A stretch of 64,000 bases of DNA. Source: Candidatus Marinacidobacterium sp. (lineage in GTDB: Bacteria > Acidobacteriota > Vicinamibacteria > Marinacidobacterales > Marinacidobacteraceae). The stretch lies in contig OZ244852.1 of NCBI GenBank assembly GCA_965220965.1, positions 2,820,673 through 2,884,672 of the forward strand, read 5' to 3'. Positions 20,160 through 29,752 of the stretch are shown one piece after another (within the stretch, counting starts at the first letter, position 1; each line of letters opens with the position of its first letter). The translations under genes and the position numbers were made by a program. Under the pieces are notes generated by a model. The model ran no database searches and had not been told where the DNA came from. It worked only from the letters and a program-made list of their open reading frames with translations.

Positions 20160-20957
20160 TCAGGCTCTCGGCTGGCTGGTGAGCGTGTGACCGCCGCGGA
20201 ACGTGAACCCCACCCGCCGCCAGAAGGCCCCGAGCATCCGCTGCGGCGCCAGCGTCTCCAGCTCCTCGGTCGGCGAGCCGAACACGCGCAGTTCGGCGTC
20301 ACCGGTGAACGCCGTTCCCAGCTCCACGTCGGAGGAGGCCGCGGAGATGAGCTCGTGGAGCGCGTCTTCCCCGTCCGCCTCGATGCGGGGCAGGAGTCGG
20401 TGGTGGAGCATGGGATGGGCGTTGACGAAGCCGGGCCCCTCCGCTTCCCCCGTCACCGTGAAGCGCGCCTCCATGAGCCGCCGGGACCCCGCCGCCACTG
20501 TAGCGCCGAAGACCCCGCCGGGGGCCAGCCGCGGCCCCGCCCGTCCGATGAGCGCCGGGCGGGTCATCCAGATCTCCCCGAGCTTCTTGGGGTAGCCCTG
20601 GAAGTGGCCCCGCGTGAGCGAGGCGTCGCTGTCCACCCAGATGAAGACGCACCGCGACCAGTCGCGCCCCTGGTAGCGGCAGCGCGCCACCAGCAGGCAC
20701 TCCTTGTACTGCGCCCGCACCGGGTCGAGCAGCTCCTCGCCCGAGCCGCTGCAGCACTGCCACTCGGCCCAGATCGCCGCCACCGCGTCCGGGCGGTCCC
20801 CGACCGGTTCGAGCGGAGCGGGCAGAAGGCTCGCCACCGCCCCCGGCGCCGCCTCGTACTCGATCGTCAGCATCTCCCCCGAGTAGTGCCAGGGAGGCGA
20901 CGTCAGCAGCGAGGCCCTGCCGGAAGGCGTGCGGGGGAACAGGAAACCGGCGGTCAT
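20160..20957 (-). CDS. Acetoacetate decarboxylase (ADC) superfamily protein
   Basis: PPWHYSG, QYKEC, FIWVDSDASLTRGHFQGYPKKLG (Schiff-base Lys motif). Confidence 0.88.
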   Translation of the reverse strand: MTAGFLFPRTPSGRASLLTSPPWHYSGEMLTIEYEAAPGAVASLLPAPLEPVGDRPDAVAAIWAEWQCCSGSGEELLDPVRAQYKECLLVARCRYQGRDWSRCVFIWVDSDASLTRGHFQGYPKKLGEIWMTRPALIGRAGPRLAPGGVFGATVAAGSRRLMEARFTVTGEAEGPGFVNAHPMLHHRLLPRIEADGEDALHELISAASSDVELGTAFTGDAELRVFGSPTEELETLAPQRMLGAFWRRVGFTFRGGHTLTSQPRA

Positions 20958-21049
20958 GGCGTGGCTATGCCCGAGCCGCACGCCTTGGTCCGCCTCGCCC
21001 AAGTCACTTCCGGACCCTCCACGTGGATGAGAAGCCTCAGCGGGGCCAT
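20954..21049 (-). pseudogene. Remnant 5' end of a DUF4276-like partner gene
   Basis: MAPLRLLIHVEGPEVT...*, 31 aa. RLLIHVEG resembles the N-terminus of DUF4276 proteins that usually follow such ATPases. Confidence 0.55.
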
Positions 21050-22152
21050 CGCTCGGGCTGTGGTCGACCGCCGATTTCGTTCTTCTCCCAGAGCTCGCCG
21101 AGGCTGAACTCTTCCAGCCACGGAGCAAGCGACTCCGGAGACTTCCGATCCAGAGTCGTGCTTCCGTTCCGCCGTTCCACGACGACCGCGTCTTCCGGGT
21201 CGAAGTGATCGAGCAGGGTCGGTGACTGGGTGGCGACGATCACCTGCGAGCCCGCCGAGGCGTGCCGGATCAGGTCGGCGAGCAGCGTCACCGCCGCGGG
21301 ATGGAGTCCAAGTTCCGGTTCGTCAACCAGGATGACCGCCGGTCGCAGTTCCGTCGGCGACAGGAACAGGGTCGTGAGTGCGATGAATCGAAGCGCGCCG
21401 TCCGAGAGCGCCGCGCCGTCGAACTCATCGTCGGCCTTCTGATGCCGCCAGCGGAGCCGGACCATCTCCTCGTTCTCCGGGAGGGGGCTCAGGTCGAAAT
21501 CGTCGAAGAAAGGGGCCGCGAGACGGATCGTGTCCCGGATCAGCGTGTACGTGGCGCTGTAGCGCTCCCTGAGACGGAGGAGGAAGGGCGCCAGATTCGC
21601 TCCGTCTTCGTCGAGATCCCGGTTGTCGGTAATCCCGCCGTGCTTCAGCATCGGTGAGCCCCGGCCAGTGTGATGGAAGTGGTAGCGCCGGAAGCGGTCC
21701 AGGCGACCCTGGAGCGAGCGCACCGGGCCGGAGCGGACGTCCTCGCTGATGCCCGGCTCCCCCCGGACGCCGTGGAGCTGGACTTCCGTCGTCTGCCCGG
21801 ACCCGCGCGTCTCCTCGAAGCGAATGAACTCTTCGAGCGGGTACAACGTGTCGTCGTCCCGAATCCCCAGCACAATCGAGTATTCGTTGGTCCCGTTGGC
21901 GAATCCGATCTGGAGGCGGATCCGTTCCGTGCGCTCCGTTCCCACATGGAGCAGCCGGGCCGCGCCTCCCCTCTCGAGGACATAGAGCCGCAAGCGGCCG
22001 CGCCGGATCGCCCGGAGCAGCGAGAAAGCCTCAAGGATGTTCGACTTGCCTGCGCCGTTGGCTCCCACCAGGACGTTCACCGGGCGCAGATCCAGGGTGA
22101 GTTTCCGGATGCTCCGGAAGCCCTCGATCCGGATCGAGTCGATTCCTGTCAT
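21037..22152 (-). CDS. ABC/SMC-type AAA ATPase (AAA_21 'predicted ATPase')
   Basis: IRIEGFRSI, GANGAGKSN, LSDGALRFI signature, ILVDEPELGLHP, VATQS. Confidence 0.92.
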   Translation of the reverse strand: MTGIDSIRIEGFRSIRKLTLDLRPVNVLVGANGAGKSNILEAFSLLRAIRRGRLRLYVLERGGAARLLHVGTERTERIRLQIGFANGTNEYSIVLGIRDDDTLYPLEEFIRFEETRGSGQTTEVQLHGVRGEPGISEDVRSGPVRSLQGRLDRFRRYHFHHTGRGSPMLKHGGITDNRDLDEDGANLAPFLLRLRERYSATYTLIRDTIRLAAPFFDDFDLSPLPENEEMVRLRWRHQKADDEFDGAALSDGALRFIALTTLFLSPTELRPAVILVDEPELGLHPAAVTLLADLIRHASAGSQVIVATQSPTLLDHFDPEDAVVVERRNGSTTLDRKSPESLAPWLEEFSLGELWEKNEIGGRPQPERWPR

Positions 22153-22172
22153 GTCGCGTCCGGCGTCGTCCC

Positions 22173-23342
22173 TCAGGCGTCCCATCGCACCCGCACTTCC
22201 TTCGGGCCGCGGAACTCGAAGCCGCGGAGTTCTACCTCGCTCTCCGGGTCGAGGCGGAGGTTGGGAAGCCGCCGGAACAGGCGCTCCGCGCCCACCCGGA
22301 TCTCCTGGCGGCCGAGCCACTCGCCGATGCACCGGTGCGCGCCGAGCGCGAACGCGGCGTTGCCGCCCTCGGTCCGCGCGAGGTCGATCCGCTCCGGGTC
22401 TTGGAACCGGGCGGGGTCGAGGTTCGCCGAGCGCAGCACGCCCGCCACCAGCGCTCCCTCGGGCAGCGGCGTCCCTCCCAGCTCCGTGGGCTCGGTGGTC
22501 TGCCTGGTGATCGTGCCCACCGGCGTGTAGCGCCGCAGCACCTCGTCCACCAGCCGCCGCATCGCCGCCGGGCTCGAGAGCGCCTGCTCCCGCAGGTCGT
22601 CGCGGGTGAGCAGCGTCCAGACCACGAGCCCGATCCCGTCGCGGGGTTCGTTGATGCCCCCGGAGATCATGAGCCGGACGTTGTTCACGATCTCGGCCGC
22701 GGAGAGCTTCTCCTCGGCGCGCAGGAAGTGAAGCAGTCCCGACGCCTCGGGGCGGGCGCGAAGCTCCTCGAGCCGCCCGAGCACCGCGGTCTCGACCGCT
22801 TCGGCGGCGGTCCGCCCCACCGCGAAGAGTTCCGGGTCGCGCTCGAAGTTGGCGACGCCGACGCAGAGCCCCTCGCACCAGTCCCAGACCTCCCGCCAGC
22901 CGTGCGCGTCGAGGCCGAGAACCGAGGCGAGCGAGCCGGCGCTCACCGCGTCGGCGTAGCCGCGGGCGATATCCGCGGCGCCTTCGTGGCGGAACTCCTC
23001 GATGAGGCCGTCGCACAGCGCCGGGAGCTCCTCCTCCACGAACGCGCCGCTGCGGCCGGCGCGGAGGAACGGGGGCTTCATCGCCCGCTGCAGACGCGAG
23101 CACGCCGGGGGGTCGAGCGTCAGCATGTTCTCGCCGAGCGTGCGGGCGAGGAAGCTGGGCTCGGTGGCGGCGCTGAAGACCTCGGGGTTGTCCTCCATCG
23201 TCTGGACGTCGTCCCACCGGGTCACGAGCCACATCCCGAGCGCCGGCGTCCACGCCACCGGGGTCTCCTCGCGCAGCCGCGCGAGGATCGGGTCGGGGTC
23301 GCGGTCGAGCCCGGCGGCGGTGATCGTCGCCGCGAAGCTCAT
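22173..23342 (-). CDS. Cytochrome P450 with atypical I-helix (GGINEP)
   Basis: EVLR (ExxR), SANLDP, FALGAHRCIG heme-Cys motif. Confidence 0.95.
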   Translation of the reverse strand: MSFAATITAAGLDRDPDPILARLREETPVAWTPALGMWLVTRWDDVQTMEDNPEVFSAATEPSFLARTLGENMLTLDPPACSRLQRAMKPPFLRAGRSGAFVEEELPALCDGLIEEFRHEGAADIARGYADAVSAGSLASVLGLDAHGWREVWDWCEGLCVGVANFERDPELFAVGRTAAEAVETAVLGRLEELRARPEASGLLHFLRAEEKLSAAEIVNNVRLMISGGINEPRDGIGLVVWTLLTRDDLREQALSSPAAMRRLVDEVLRRYTPVGTITRQTTEPTELGGTPLPEGALVAGVLRSANLDPARFQDPERIDLARTEGGNAAFALGAHRCIGEWLGRQEIRVGAERLFRRLPNLRLDPESEVELRGFEFRGPKEVRVRWDA

Positions 23343-23359
23343 GGAGGGGGAGGCGCCCG

Positions 23360-24652
23360 TCAGAGGTACGGGATGTACTCGCGCTGCTCCCAGTCCGTCG
23401 TGTGGGCGCGGAAGCGCTCCCATTCGGCCCGCTTCACCGCGAGGTGCATCCGGCGGAACTCGTCGCCAAAGGCGGCGGCGAGATCGGCGTCGCCCTCGAA
23501 ATCGTCGAGCGCCCGGCCCAGATCAGCCGCAACCGTGACGTCGGTGGAGGCGCTCTCGAGACAGTCCTTCGTCTCTTCCGGGGGAGGGCCCTCGCCCCGC
23601 TCGATGCCGAGCCGCGCCGCCAGCAGCGAGGCGGCGACCCCGATGTGGGGTCCGCAGGCCCCGTCCGCGAGCCGGTGCTCGATCCGGGCGCCCGCGCCGC
23701 GCTCGGGCGGGATGCGCACCGCGCAGCCCCGGTGGTCGCGGGCCCAGTTGGCCCAGTAGCCGCTCATCTGGCCGGGGAGGAGGCGCCGGTAGGCGTTCAC
23801 GGTGGGCGCGACGACGCCGGCGAGGCCGCGGTGATGGTGGAGGAGCCCCGCCACCGCCGACCACGCGAGGTCCGACAGCCCGTGTTGTCCGGCGGGGTCG
23901 TCGAAGACGTTTTGGCCGTCCTCTTCGAGGCTCAGGTTGACGTGCAGGCCGGAGCCGCCGCGATCCGAGAAGGGCTTGCCGATGAACGTGAGGTGGAACC
24001 CCTCCTCGTGGGCGATCTCCCGGGCGAGCTGCTTGAACCGGAACGCCTCGTCGGCGGCGGCGAGCGCATCCTTCTTCCCGAGCGTCAGCTCGAACTGCCC
24101 GTCGTCGTACTCGCTGTGGCACGACTCGAGGTGGATCCCGCACCGGTCGGCGGTGTCCAGCACCGCGTCGATCACGCCGCCAGGGTCCGCGAACGGACCG
24201 GAGCCATACACGTGGGAGCCGGGCGTCCGGATCGGCTGGAACCCGCCGTCGCCGTCCGGCGTGAGGAGGAACGCCTCGAGTTCGATCCCGACGACCGGGC
24301 GCTGGCCGCGTCGCCCGAACGCCTCGACCGCGCGCTGGAGGACCCGCCGGGGCGAGCGCTCGAGCGGCTCGTCCTCATGATCGCCGACGCGGAACAGGTC
24401 GGCCACCACCACCCCCTCGCCCTCGCGCCATCCCGGCTCGACCGCCTTCGGATCGAACACCGCGCGGCAGTCGGGGAGCCCGTCGAGGAGGCCCGACTCC
24501 CGGTAGGGGGTCATGTTCCGGTCGAAGCCGAGCGCGAAGGTGGCGAGGCAGTGTCCGGTGGACGCCGCCCCCGGCCGGAGCAGCTTCCCCCGCGCCAGTC
24601 CGAGGTGGTCGGGCCAGAGGATGCGAACGCGCCGGATCGATGGGTCAGCCAC
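23360..24652 (-). CDS. Glutamine synthetase-like gamma-glutamyl ligase (PuuA/TdnQ-like)
   Basis: DHLGLARGK, GIELEAF, HSEYDDGQFE, GSGLHVN, PTVNAYRRL, RIEHR. Confidence 0.9.
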   Translation of the reverse strand: MADPSIRRVRILWPDHLGLARGKLLRPGAASTGHCLATFALGFDRNMTPYRESGLLDGLPDCRAVFDPKAVEPGWREGEGVVVADLFRVGDHEDEPLERSPRRVLQRAVEAFGRRGQRPVVGIELEAFLLTPDGDGGFQPIRTPGSHVYGSGPFADPGGVIDAVLDTADRCGIHLESCHSEYDDGQFELTLGKKDALAAADEAFRFKQLAREIAHEEGFHLTFIGKPFSDRGGSGLHVNLSLEEDGQNVFDDPAGQHGLSDLAWSAVAGLLHHHRGLAGVVAPTVNAYRRLLPGQMSGYWANWARDHRGCAVRIPPERGAGARIEHRLADGACGPHIGVAASLLAARLGIERGEGPPPEETKDCLESASTDVTVAADLGRALDDFEGDADLAAAFGDEFRRMHLAVKRAEWERFRAHTTDWEQREYIPYL

Positions 24653-24720
24653 GGACGGGGTTGTACCACCGAAGCCCGGCGCCGCGGGAGGCGGAGGAGA
24701 GGCGGGGTTGGGGCTCTACG

Positions 24721-25298
24721 TCAGGACGCGGACCGGCGGCCGGGGAACAGGACGAGCGCGGCGATCGCGCCGCTGACCAGGAAGAAGTAGACCGGGTAGA
24801 CGAGGATGGCGAATTCCCAGCGGTCCACCGCCAGCAGGTTGAAGATGTTCCCGCCGATGAAGAGCGCCCAGGCGAGGCGGTCTTCGGTGTGGGGAGCGAG
24901 CCACGCCTTGCGGATCGTGGGCAGGGCTCCGAGGAAGTCGACGCCCAGCGTGGTGACGAGCGCCACCACCGGCGAGTCGAACAGCCACCACAGCAGGAGC
25001 CCGGCCCCCGCGCCGGCGAGGCAGCTCCGGTCCAGCGGGGTCGAGCCCCCGACGCCGTAGCGGAGGCTCAGCAGCGCCGTCACCAGCGAGCCGACGGCGT
25101 AGCCGACCGGGACCCAGATCGTGCTGTCGGCCCCCGAGAACCAGTAGCTCGCGCCGAGCACGAGGCCGTCGTAGTCCAGATCCACCAGGTCGCCCGGTTC
25201 GGTCGGGCCCGGCCCCGCAGGATCGCGACGATGTAGGGGATGAAGGCCGCCAGCGACAGCACGCCGGCGATCCACCCCGCCAGAACCGGGAACGGCAT
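24721..25298 (-). pseudogene. Small multi-pass membrane protein with a frameshift near 25170
   Basis: Frame 1 MPFPVLAGWIAGVLSLAAFIPYIVAILRGRARPNRATWWIWT continues in frame 2 as GLVLGASYWFSG...DFLGALPTIRKAW...; the span is 578 nt, not a multiple of 3. Confidence 0.75.
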
Positions 25299-25420
25299 CA
25301 GCTCCTCCGCGGAGCGGGCGAGAGCCGGGTCGCGTCCGCGTCCATGTTGATGGGCTCCGAGGGTACAACCGCTCCGCCGGAGCCCGGCCAGCCGCCGAAC
25401 CGGTACGCTCGCTCCCGACC

Positions 25421-27004
25421 ATGCCCGGGCCGCGTTTTCTCCGTCGTTCCCTGCTGCTCGCGCCCTGCCTCGCCGCCGGGTGCGGACTCCTCGCCCCGGA
25501 CGTTCCGGAGGCGCCTTTCCCCTTGCCCGAGCTCGTCCCGCTCGACGCGCCGGCGGCGGAGCTCGAAGCGCTCTTCGACGAAGTCCTGGAGGCGACGCGC
25601 CGCCGGGAGGCGTTCTCCCCGGTCAAGGAGGAGGCGCTCGGGTATGCGCCGCTCGAGGACATGGAGCGGCTCCGGGAGGAGTTCGTCGGGGCGGAGAGCG
25701 AGGCCGATCTCTTCTACGCCCTCGCGAAGCTGAGCAACGCGCGGCGGGACCGGCACCTGCGGGTGCTCCCGGTCGAGGGGGGCCTCAGCGTCCCGACGCT
25801 CCCGGATCTGGCGGCGCCCATCCGGGTTCTCCCCGACTACGCCGACCCGGACGAACCCTCGTTCTTCGTGAGCGGCGCGGCGCCCGGCATGTCGTCGCCC
25901 GAACCCGGGGACCGGATCGTCGCGGTGAACGGCCGGGACATGCCCGCCTATGTCGAGGAGTTCACCGCGTGGATCCCCCACTCGACGCTCCACGGGCTCT
26001 GGTGGCACATGGCGCTCGGGCTGCCGCGGATCGCGCCCCACGTCCCGCCCCGCCTCTACCGGGAGACGCTGGATCTCACCCTCGAGAACGCCGCCGGCGA
26101 GCTCTACGACGTCTCGCTGCCCTACGGACCCGGCGAGGCGCTCGCGCCGCGCGACGAGCCGGTCTACCCCGGCTTCCGGAAGCTCCTCGAGCGCGAGAAC
26201 TTCGTCGTCCGTCACAGCGGGGACGAACGGATCGTCCTGCTGCAGTGGCTCGACTTCGAGTTCTCCCTGATCCAGGACGTGATGGACCTGATGGAGCTCG
26301 CGGAACGCGAGGAGCTCCTCGATCACGACCTGATCCTCGACGTTCGCGGCAGCAGCGGCGGCTCGAACGGGGCCTACGCGATCCAGCGGCTGGTGGACGA
26401 GCCGTTCCGGACGACCTTCGGGAACGTCCGCGTGAGCGACGCCGGCGTCGAGCTCATCGAGCGGTTCCAGGCGATGGAGCTCGACGAGGACGCCCCGGAC
26501 ATCTTCGGGCTGAACCTGAGCCGGAGCTGGCTGCGCGACTGGGCGCGGACCGACGCCGCCGAGGCGATCCGGAGGGGCGACGAGTACACCCCGCCCACCC
26601 CGTTCAAGCTGGCGCACCTCCCCCGCGACTCGGGAGGCGTGCTCGAGCCCGCGCCCGTCCACTTCACCGGCCGGATCGCGATCCTCGGCGGGCCGCACGG
26701 GGGCTCCCACCTCGACCAGTTCGTCTCGATGCTCGCCGACAACGACCTGGCGGTCGTGATCGGCATGTCGACCGGGGGCTACAGCAACACCTGGGAGCAC
26801 GAGGAGGTCCTCACCTTCCCGGGGAGCGGTCGGCCGGTCGCCCAATTCGCCTGGAATATCGGGCACACGCTCCGCCCCAACACTGAAATCCTCGAGGGGA
26901 ACCCGGTGGCGCCCGACATCCACCTCCCGCTCACCCGCGAGAACTTCCGGACCTGGGACGAGGAGCTGCTCGAACTCGCGATCGAAGCGATCCGGACGCC
27001 TTAG
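25421..27004 (+). CDS. Peptidase S41-like lipoprotein with PDZ-like segment
   Basis: Lipobox LAAGC; PGDRIVAVNG; LILDVRGSSGG; GVAPD-like C-terminal motif. Confidence 0.7.
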   Translation: MPGPRFLRRSLLLAPCLAAGCGLLAPDVPEAPFPLPELVPLDAPAAELEALFDEVLEATRRREAFSPVKEEALGYAPLEDMERLREEFVGAESEADLFYALAKLSNARRDRHLRVLPVEGGLSVPTLPDLAAPIRVLPDYADPDEPSFFVSGAAPGMSSPEPGDRIVAVNGRDMPAYVEEFTAWIPHSTLHGLWWHMALGLPRIAPHVPPRLYRETLDLTLENAAGELYDVSLPYGPGEALAPRDEPVYPGFRKLLERENFVVRHSGDERIVLLQWLDFEFSLIQDVMDLMELAEREELLDHDLILDVRGSSGGSNGAYAIQRLVDEPFRTTFGNVRVSDAGVELIERFQAMELDEDAPDIFGLNLSRSWLRDWARTDAAEAIRRGDEYTPPTPFKLAHLPRDSGGVLEPAPVHFTGRIAILGGPHGGSHLDQFVSMLADNDLAVVIGMSTGGYSNTWEHEEVLTFPGSGRPVAQFAWNIGHTLRPNTEILEGNPVAPDIHLPLTRENFRTWDEELLELAIEAIRTP

Positions 27005-27187
27005 CAGCCTGTTGATGAAGTCCCGTGCAGCGCCGAGAGCGGTGAGGCGCCCGGCCGACAAGGCGCGTGAGCGAGGAATATCGGGAATATTCCGAGCGAA
27101 ACGGAACGATGAGCGCCCCGAAGGGGCGCGGTTCGGGCGGGATGCATCGCCGCTCGAACGCCGCGTGACTTCGTGAACAGGCTGTTA
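27002..27187. mobile_element. MITE-like element, copy 2 (inverted relative to 7395-7579)
   Basis: TIRs TAGCAGCCTGTTGATGAAGTC / GACTTCGTGAACAGGCTGTTA; the interior is the reverse complement of copy 1; TA at both ends. Confidence 0.8.
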
Positions 27188-27192
27188 AAGCC

Positions 27193-28284
27193 GTGAACGC
27201 CCGGCTCCGGAGCCTCGACGGGTTCCGGGGATTCACGATCGCCGGGATGATCCTGGTGAACAACCCCGGGAGCTGGAGCCAGGTCTACCCGGCGCTGCTC
27301 CACGCCCCCTGGCACGGGTGGACCCCCACCGACCTCATCTTCCCGTGGTTCCTGTTCATCGTGGGCGTCGCGATCCCGTTCTCGCTCGGACGGCGGGTCG
27401 AAGCCGGAGCGAACCGCGCGCGCCTTCTCCTGCGCATCCTCCGCCGGAGCGCGATCCTGGTGGCGCTCGGGGTGTTCCTCGCGGCCTGGCCGTTCTTCGA
27501 GCTGACGGCGATCCGCCTGCCGGGCGTGCTGCAGCGGATCGGCGTCGTCTACCTCGTCGCGGCGTGGGCCTTTCTCTGGCTGTCGCGGCGCCGGCTCCTC
27601 GCGCTCACCGGCGCCTGCCTCGTGGGCTACCACCTGGTGATGCGCTTCGTTCCGGCGCCGGGAGGCGTCGCCGGCGACCTCGAACCGGGAACGAACCTCG
27701 CCGCCTGGCTCGACCGCGCGCTCCTCCCCGGGACGCTCTACCAGGGAACCTGGGACCCGGAGGGCGTCCTCTCGACCGTCCCGGCGATCGCCAGCGCCCT
27801 CATCGGGATCTTCGCCGGCGAGTGGCTGCGGAAACGCGCCTCGCTGCCGGAGAAGACGACCGGCCTGCTGGCGTGGGGGTTTGCGCTGCTCGCCGCCGGG
27901 TGGGCGTGGAGCTTCTGGCTCCCGCTGAACAAGAACCTCTGGACGAGCTCCTACACGGTGTTCACCGCCGGGGCGGCGCTCTCCTTCCTCGCCCTCTTCC
28001 TGCTGCTCATGGACGCCCGGCCGCCGCCGCGCTGGACCGCCCCGCTCGAGGCGCTCGGGCGGAACGCGATCACCGTCTTCGTCGGGTCGGGACTGGTCGC
28101 GAAGACGCTCCTGCTGTTTCCGGCCTCAGGCGAGGGGTCGGCGCACCACGCGATCTACACCGGCCTCTTCGCCTCCTGGCTCGGGCCCTGGTTCGGGTCG
28201 CTCGGGTTCGCGCTTGGGCAGGTCGCGCTGTGGACGCTCGTCGCGGTCGTCCTCGACCGCCGCGGGGTCTACCTGAAGGTCTGA
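27193..28284 (+). CDS. HGSNAT/NagX-like membrane acyltransferase
   Basis: RLRSLDGFRGFTIAGMILVNNPG, HAPWHGWTPTDLIFPWFLFIVG, PGVLQRIG, DPEGVLST, PLNKNLWTSSY. Confidence 0.92.
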   Translation: MNARLRSLDGFRGFTIAGMILVNNPGSWSQVYPALLHAPWHGWTPTDLIFPWFLFIVGVAIPFSLGRRVEAGANRARLLLRILRRSAILVALGVFLAAWPFFELTAIRLPGVLQRIGVVYLVAAWAFLWLSRRRLLALTGACLVGYHLVMRFVPAPGGVAGDLEPGTNLAAWLDRALLPGTLYQGTWDPEGVLSTVPAIASALIGIFAGEWLRKRASLPEKTTGLLAWGFALLAAGWAWSFWLPLNKNLWTSSYTVFTAGAALSFLALFLLLMDARPPPRWTAPLEALGRNAITVFVGSGLVAKTLLLFPASGEGSAHHAIYTGLFASWLGPWFGSLGFALGQVALWTLVAVVLDRRGVYLKV

Positions 28285-28306
28285 GCCCTGCGGGGCCGCG
28301 ACCCGT

Positions 28307-29725
28307 TCAGGAAGCCGCCGTCTGCGGGGTCCGGATCGCGGACTGCATCGCTTCGACGGTGACGAACTTCACCCGCGGCCGCCCCTGTTCCTTGCCGCGG
28401 GCCACCTCGATCGCGTCGAGCGCCTTCCAGTCGTCGAAGGAGAAGTAGTCGGGGACCCGCTCCCGGACGAGCCGCTCGATGGCTTCCGCCGAGGGGTTCT
28501 CCGGGTTCCAGTGGCGCCCGGCGGCCACGTCCTCGAGGAGGTTCTGCACCGTCTCGAGGGCGTCGGGCTTGTTCGTGCCGATGACTCCGGTGGGTCCGCG
28601 CTTGATCCAGCCGGCGCAGTACTGCCCGTTCACGCGCTCGCCGTCGGGCGCGTCGAGAACCCGGCCGCCCTCGCTCGGGATGACTCCCCAGTCATCGCGG
28701 AACGGGACCTCCGGCAGCGCGACGCCGCGGTAGCCCACCGAGCGGAACACCAGCCCGGCGTCGAGATCCTCGAACCGTTCGGTGGCGCGGGGGCGGACCC
28801 CGCCCCGATCCGTTCGGTAGAGCTCGTTGAACACCAGCCGCACCCGGCTGACCCCGCCGTCCGGGCCCGCCACCAGCTCGACCGGGGAGACCAGGAAGCG
28901 GACCGTCAGCGTCCGGGGCTTGCCGGAGCGCCTTTCCGCCGCGTACTGCTGGAGGATCTCGACCTTGCGGGGCGCCGCCTTGTCGGCCCCGCTCGCAACC
29001 CACGCCTCGCTCACCTCGTCGAGCCGCGCCTCCTCCTCGAGGACGCGGATGTCCGCCCCTTCGAGTTCGCCGAGTTCGCGGATCTCGGGGTTCGAGAACG
29101 CCGCCTGCGCCGGGCCGCGCCGGCCCAGCATGTGGATCTCGCGGATGCGGCTCTCGGCGAGCTGCTCCAGCGCGTAGTCGGCGATGTCGGTCGTCTTCAG
29201 CTCGTCCACCGAGCGGGCGAGCACCCGGCAGACATCGACCGCCACGTTGCCGACGCCGACGACCGCCACCGACTCCTGCGAGAAGTCGAACTCGCGGTCG
29301 CGGTAGTCGGGGTGGCCGTTGTACCAGGCCACGAACTCGGTGGCGGCGTGGCTCCGGGGCAGGTCCTCCCCGGGGATGCGCATCGCGCGGTCCACCTGCG
29401 CGCCCACCGCGAAGATGACCGCGTGGTAGTGGCGCCGGACATCATCAAGCCGGATGTCCGAGCCGAACTCCACCCCGCCGAAGAAGCGGAACCGGGGGTT
29501 CGTCGCGGTGCGCTCGTAGGCGCGGGTCACACTCTTGATCTTCTGGTGATCGGGGGCGACCCCGCCCCGCACCAGCCCGTAGGGCGTGGGCAGGCGGTCG
29601 TAGAGGTCCACCTCCACGGTGACCCCCGGCGCCTTGAACAGGTGGTCGGTGGCGTAGAAGCCGGTCGGGCCGGATCCGAAGATCGCGACCCGCAGCGGGT
29701 GATCGGGTGTGGCGGGGCCGGGCAT
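28307..29725 (-). CDS. Ferredoxin-NADP+ reductase, adrenodoxin-reductase/FprA type
   Basis: VAIFGSGPTG, PYGLVRGGVAPDH, FVAWYNGHPD, GVGNVAVD, GWIKRGPTGVIGTNK. Confidence 0.93.
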   Translation of the reverse strand: MPGPATPDHPLRVAIFGSGPTGFYATDHLFKAPGVTVEVDLYDRLPTPYGLVRGGVAPDHQKIKSVTRAYERTATNPRFRFFGGVEFGSDIRLDDVRRHYHAVIFAVGAQVDRAMRIPGEDLPRSHAATEFVAWYNGHPDYRDREFDFSQESVAVVGVGNVAVDVCRVLARSVDELKTTDIADYALEQLAESRIREIHMLGRRGPAQAAFSNPEIRELGELEGADIRVLEEEARLDEVSEAWVASGADKAAPRKVEILQQYAAERRSGKPRTLTVRFLVSPVELVAGPDGGVSRVRLVFNELYRTDRGGVRPRATERFEDLDAGLVFRSVGYRGVALPEVPFRDDWGVIPSEGGRVLDAPDGERVNGQYCAGWIKRGPTGVIGTNKPDALETVQNLLEDVAAGRHWNPENPSAEAIERLVRERVPDYFSFDDWKALDAIEVARGKEQGRPRVKFVTVEAMQSAIRTPQTAAS

Positions 29726-29752
29726 GCGCGCGGGAGTATAGGTAGGGCGGGC

